A DNA stretch of 63,659 nt, the filler included, from Octopus bimaculoides (lineage: Eukaryota), in NCBI RefSeq assembly GCF_001194135.2. It is 7 parts of 7 records of this genome, joined end to end, with 100 filler letters (N's around TTAATTAATTAA, not from the genome) between each part and the next. Parts side by side here need not be neighbours in the genome. Positions count along the whole stretch, not along the records: positions 59,453 to 63,659 come from NC_068981.1; 6 more parts are not named here. One strand, 5' to 3'. Shown here in pieces: positions 60,368 to 63,659 of the stretch. Position numbers and translations under genes: made by a program. The notes under the pieces are model-generated. The model ran no database searches. It saw only the letters and a program-made list of their open reading frames with translations, and was not told the DNA's origin. The stretch's first letter is position 1. The number at the start of each line of letters is the position of its first letter.

Positions 60368-62125
60368 TGTGTGTGTCTGTGTATGTATATATTCCAACAG
60401 TGAAACACCAAATTTGAAGCCAAGTTGTAAAGTCACCTGTCTTCAATCACTAATGAAATAATACTTCCAGGCCCTATCGTACTTTATATCTTGGTTAGCA
60501 TGATTAATTTGAAATCAATTTCAAACCAGCTGAATGTGTGATAAAAACAGTAATAGAAGTAAAATAATTTTACTTAGATTCCTGCAAAGGTTTTAGTACC
60601 GAAGTTAATGAGTTTGGCACTGAGACATAGAAAGGTATTGATTTACGAGGTAAGGAGTATTTATCTAACTGTTTTGCTGTACTTTCATACTATTAAAGTC
60701 ACTAATAAGTAGTTAATACGTCAGATTTGATGATGCACTTCGAATTAAATGAATAATGTTGCATATAATTCAGTTGCAACTTTATTTTATATTTGTTTTT
60801 ATGTTTATTCTACCATGATAAATACAATATTTCGCTTGATCTTTCTTGACCGAAGGAATTGATGGCTAATTGAATATATCCTTCTGTTGACTTAGGAGAA
60901 AAAAAAGGGTAAAGATAATTCTTCAAAGAACTTAACTTAGTAACGTATTTGAAATTGCTAATATGGAAAACTAAAATATAAATATAGCTTCGCCCGAAGT
61001 TAATAATTTAGTCTACTATTTGTGTATCATAATTTCCTAAATAGCGTATATTCTTATCTGTGTTCTTTATAGTTTCTTATTAATTCTTCCGTCTAACACC
61101 AAGAAAAATAATCAAAGTAACATTGTTATATATACTGAGATTAATATTTACAGAAATATTTACAAAGCAATGTAAATTTATACATAATTGCACAAATTCA
61201 TTATGATCTTGGTTTGTTTGATACTATCCTTTGAAGGAAAATGATATCATTATCAACATCAAACAGTGATTTTATAATAAAATGTAGACTGCATCACATT
61301 GCTTTTATAGCTCCAACTTCTGTCTTTATCCCTTTCCAAATTGTATGTCAAACTGTTACAACATTCAAGAAATACCAGCAGCGTACTAAGGTCGATATAT
61401 TCGGCTGATCCCCTCCCAAAAAATTTCGGGCCTTATGTTTAGAGTAGAAAAGAAAAGAATATAGTATTGGTTTTCGTTTGCAATCTGAGAAGAATATTTA
61501 AAAGTCATCATGATATGTGTAGTATCCAAATCGTTATTATCTCAACTCCTAACATGTATATATATATATGTGTGTATATGTGTGTGTATATGTACATATA
61601 TANNNNNNNNNNNNNNNNNNNNNNNNNNNNNNNNNNNNNNNNNNNNNNNNNNNNNNNNNNNNNNNNNNNNNNNNNNNNNNNNNNNNNNNNNNNNNNNNNN
61701 NNNNNNNNNNNNNNNNNNNNNNNNNNNNNNNNNNNNNNNNNNNNNNNNNNNNNNNNNNNNNNNNNNNNNNNNNNNNNNNNNNNNNNNNNNNNNNNNNNNN
61801 NNNNNNNNNNNNNNNNNNNNNNNNNNNNNNNNNNNNNNNNNNNNNNNNNNNNNNNNNNNNNNNNNNNNNNNNNNNNNNNNNNNNNNNNNNNNNNNNNNNN
61901 NNNNNNNNNNNNNNNNNNNNNNNNNNNNNNNNNNNNNNNNNNNNNNNNNNNNNNNNNNNNNNNNNNNNNNNNNNNNNNNNNNNNNNNNNNNNNNNNNNNN
62001 NNNNNNNNNNNNNNNNNNNNNNNNNNNNNNNNNNNNNNNNNNNNNNNNNNNNNNNNNNNNNNNNNNNNNNNNTATATATCCCTCTGGATTTTTCTAGAAC
62101 GAATCATAATAATGTATATATATAC

Positions 62126-62161
<36 letters not shown>

Positions 62162-62176
62162 ATATAAATGTGTGTG

Positions 62177-62214
<38 letters not shown>

Positions 62215-62217
<3 letters not shown>

Positions 62218-63434
62218 TAGGAAATGTCGCATTTTTAATTACTTGTTATTTCAGTCACTTAAAAATCTCACATATGTATATCTTGCATTTAATCTTGACG
62301 CTTTTTCTTTCCCAACAATACTGGTATACAAAATTCGTAACCCCAGACCTTATCAAAATGATAACAGCCAAACTATGTTGAGTGAACTTCTTTAACTGGG
62401 TCACTTTGCCGCAGAAGCTCAACAGAATATCAAGCGGGCTTTTGGTAATGGTTTTGTTGACATCAGAACTGTTCAGAGATGGTTCCAAAGCTCTCATTCA
62501 GGAGATGATAGCCTTGAAAATAAACCAAGTGTTAGGTCAAAATCAGTTATTCGACATAATGGATTAAATGCGTTGGTTGAACAAAGGTTCAAACAAGTTT
62601 CATCAGAACTCCAGACATCTCGCACAAATGTTTTTGGACAACTACAAAAAAAACAATTGGAACAGTCAAGAAAACAGATAGGTTTGTTCCACATCAACTG
62701 AACGAGATTCAAAAAACAGACGACTGGAAGTGTGCTCCTCATTGCTTTTCCGACCGGGAAAAGACTATTTTTGCATCAAATCATTACTTATGATGAGACA
62801 TGCATAATCTTTGACAACAGCAGGAGAACAGAACAGTGATTATATGCAGGAGAATCACCTAAACAATACTCACACACACCATTGGACCCTAAAATGTTAG
62901 TAGTAACTGTATGGTGGTCTGTGAAGAGAGTTATTCATTAATCATTTTTGCTACAAGGAAAAACGGTGAAAGCAAATGTCGTATTGCCACGAAATTGATT
63001 GTATGCATGAGAATTTGAAAAAGAAGCCACCCAGAATGGGGAATAGAGATGTCCTAATTTAGCTCCTCGAAAATAACGTCCTCACATTTCCCGAGCTGTG
63101 GTCCAACAGTTGCAACACCTGCATTATGAGATTTTACATCTTCCCTATACCCCTGATATCTCTCCTACTGATCATCGGTTATTTAAGCATTTTGCGTGTT
63201 TCATAAGCAATAAACATTCTTAAACCAAGATGAAGTAAATGAAGCATTCGGACAGTTTATCACAGCAAAAGATGAATTGAATTTTTAAAAAATGGAATAT
63301 ATAACATAGAGAAACGTTGGATAAAAGTCATAAAGGAATATGGATCATATTTGATTACATAAATGACTTCCCGAACACTTCTGAAATATTGTATTGTTAC
63401 GTTTCAAGTACATTTCATGTGAAACAAACTAATA
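62215..63434 (+). mobile_element. Decayed mariner, third subfamily
   Basis: AAEAQQNI..DIRTVQRWF..FVPHQL..IITYDET..VTVWWS..YTPDISPTDH; right end catttcatgtgaaacaaactaata, eroded left end tattaggaaatgt; flanked by TA runs. Confidence 0.9.
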
Positions 63435-63540
63435 TATACATATACATATATATATACGAATATGTATATATATATATGTATGTATATATATATATATATA
63501 TATACATATACATGTACATTAATGTATGTTTATCTATCTA

Positions 63541-63576
<36 letters not shown>

Positions 63577-63659
63577 TCTTTTACAAGAATTTTATCAAGA
63601 AGCCAATGTGTAAAAAAATTCATAAGGGAATTTCTATTCCCAAGAATATAATTATTCGT

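Overview
Eukaryotic, AT-rich draft-assembly window packed with microsatellites and repeats. The SINE families and repeat landscape point to a coleoid cephalopod, probably an octopus (inference from recognised repeats, not a database result). It is stitched from seven pieces by six artificial 100-bp joins (44 N + TTAATTAATTAA + 44 N) and has many other N gaps. Most ORFs in the track are microsatellite or N artefacts. Real content: four large decayed mariner copies plus fragments; a ~3 kb decayed CR1/L2-type LINE; a decayed Penelope-like element (RT + GIY-YIG); RTE, R4/Dong-like and CR1 tail fragments; several MITEs and foldback elements; and about 30 copies of four tRNA-derived SINE families (labelled A-D here). 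The best leads are: (1) seven hammerhead-ribozyme-like motifs from several unrelated sequence families, one in the Penelope terminus and the rest in short non-coding elements, including an inverted pair; (2) two frame-compatible minus-strand candidate exons (19721-19796, 18457-18526) at a CpG-depleted domain, suggesting a host gene the ORF track misses; (3) microhomology-flanked templated-insertion scars; (4) SINE tails shared with LINE tails in the same window. No intact autonomous element and no nameable host gene was found. Coordinates were read by eye; ends of decayed repeats are approximate.
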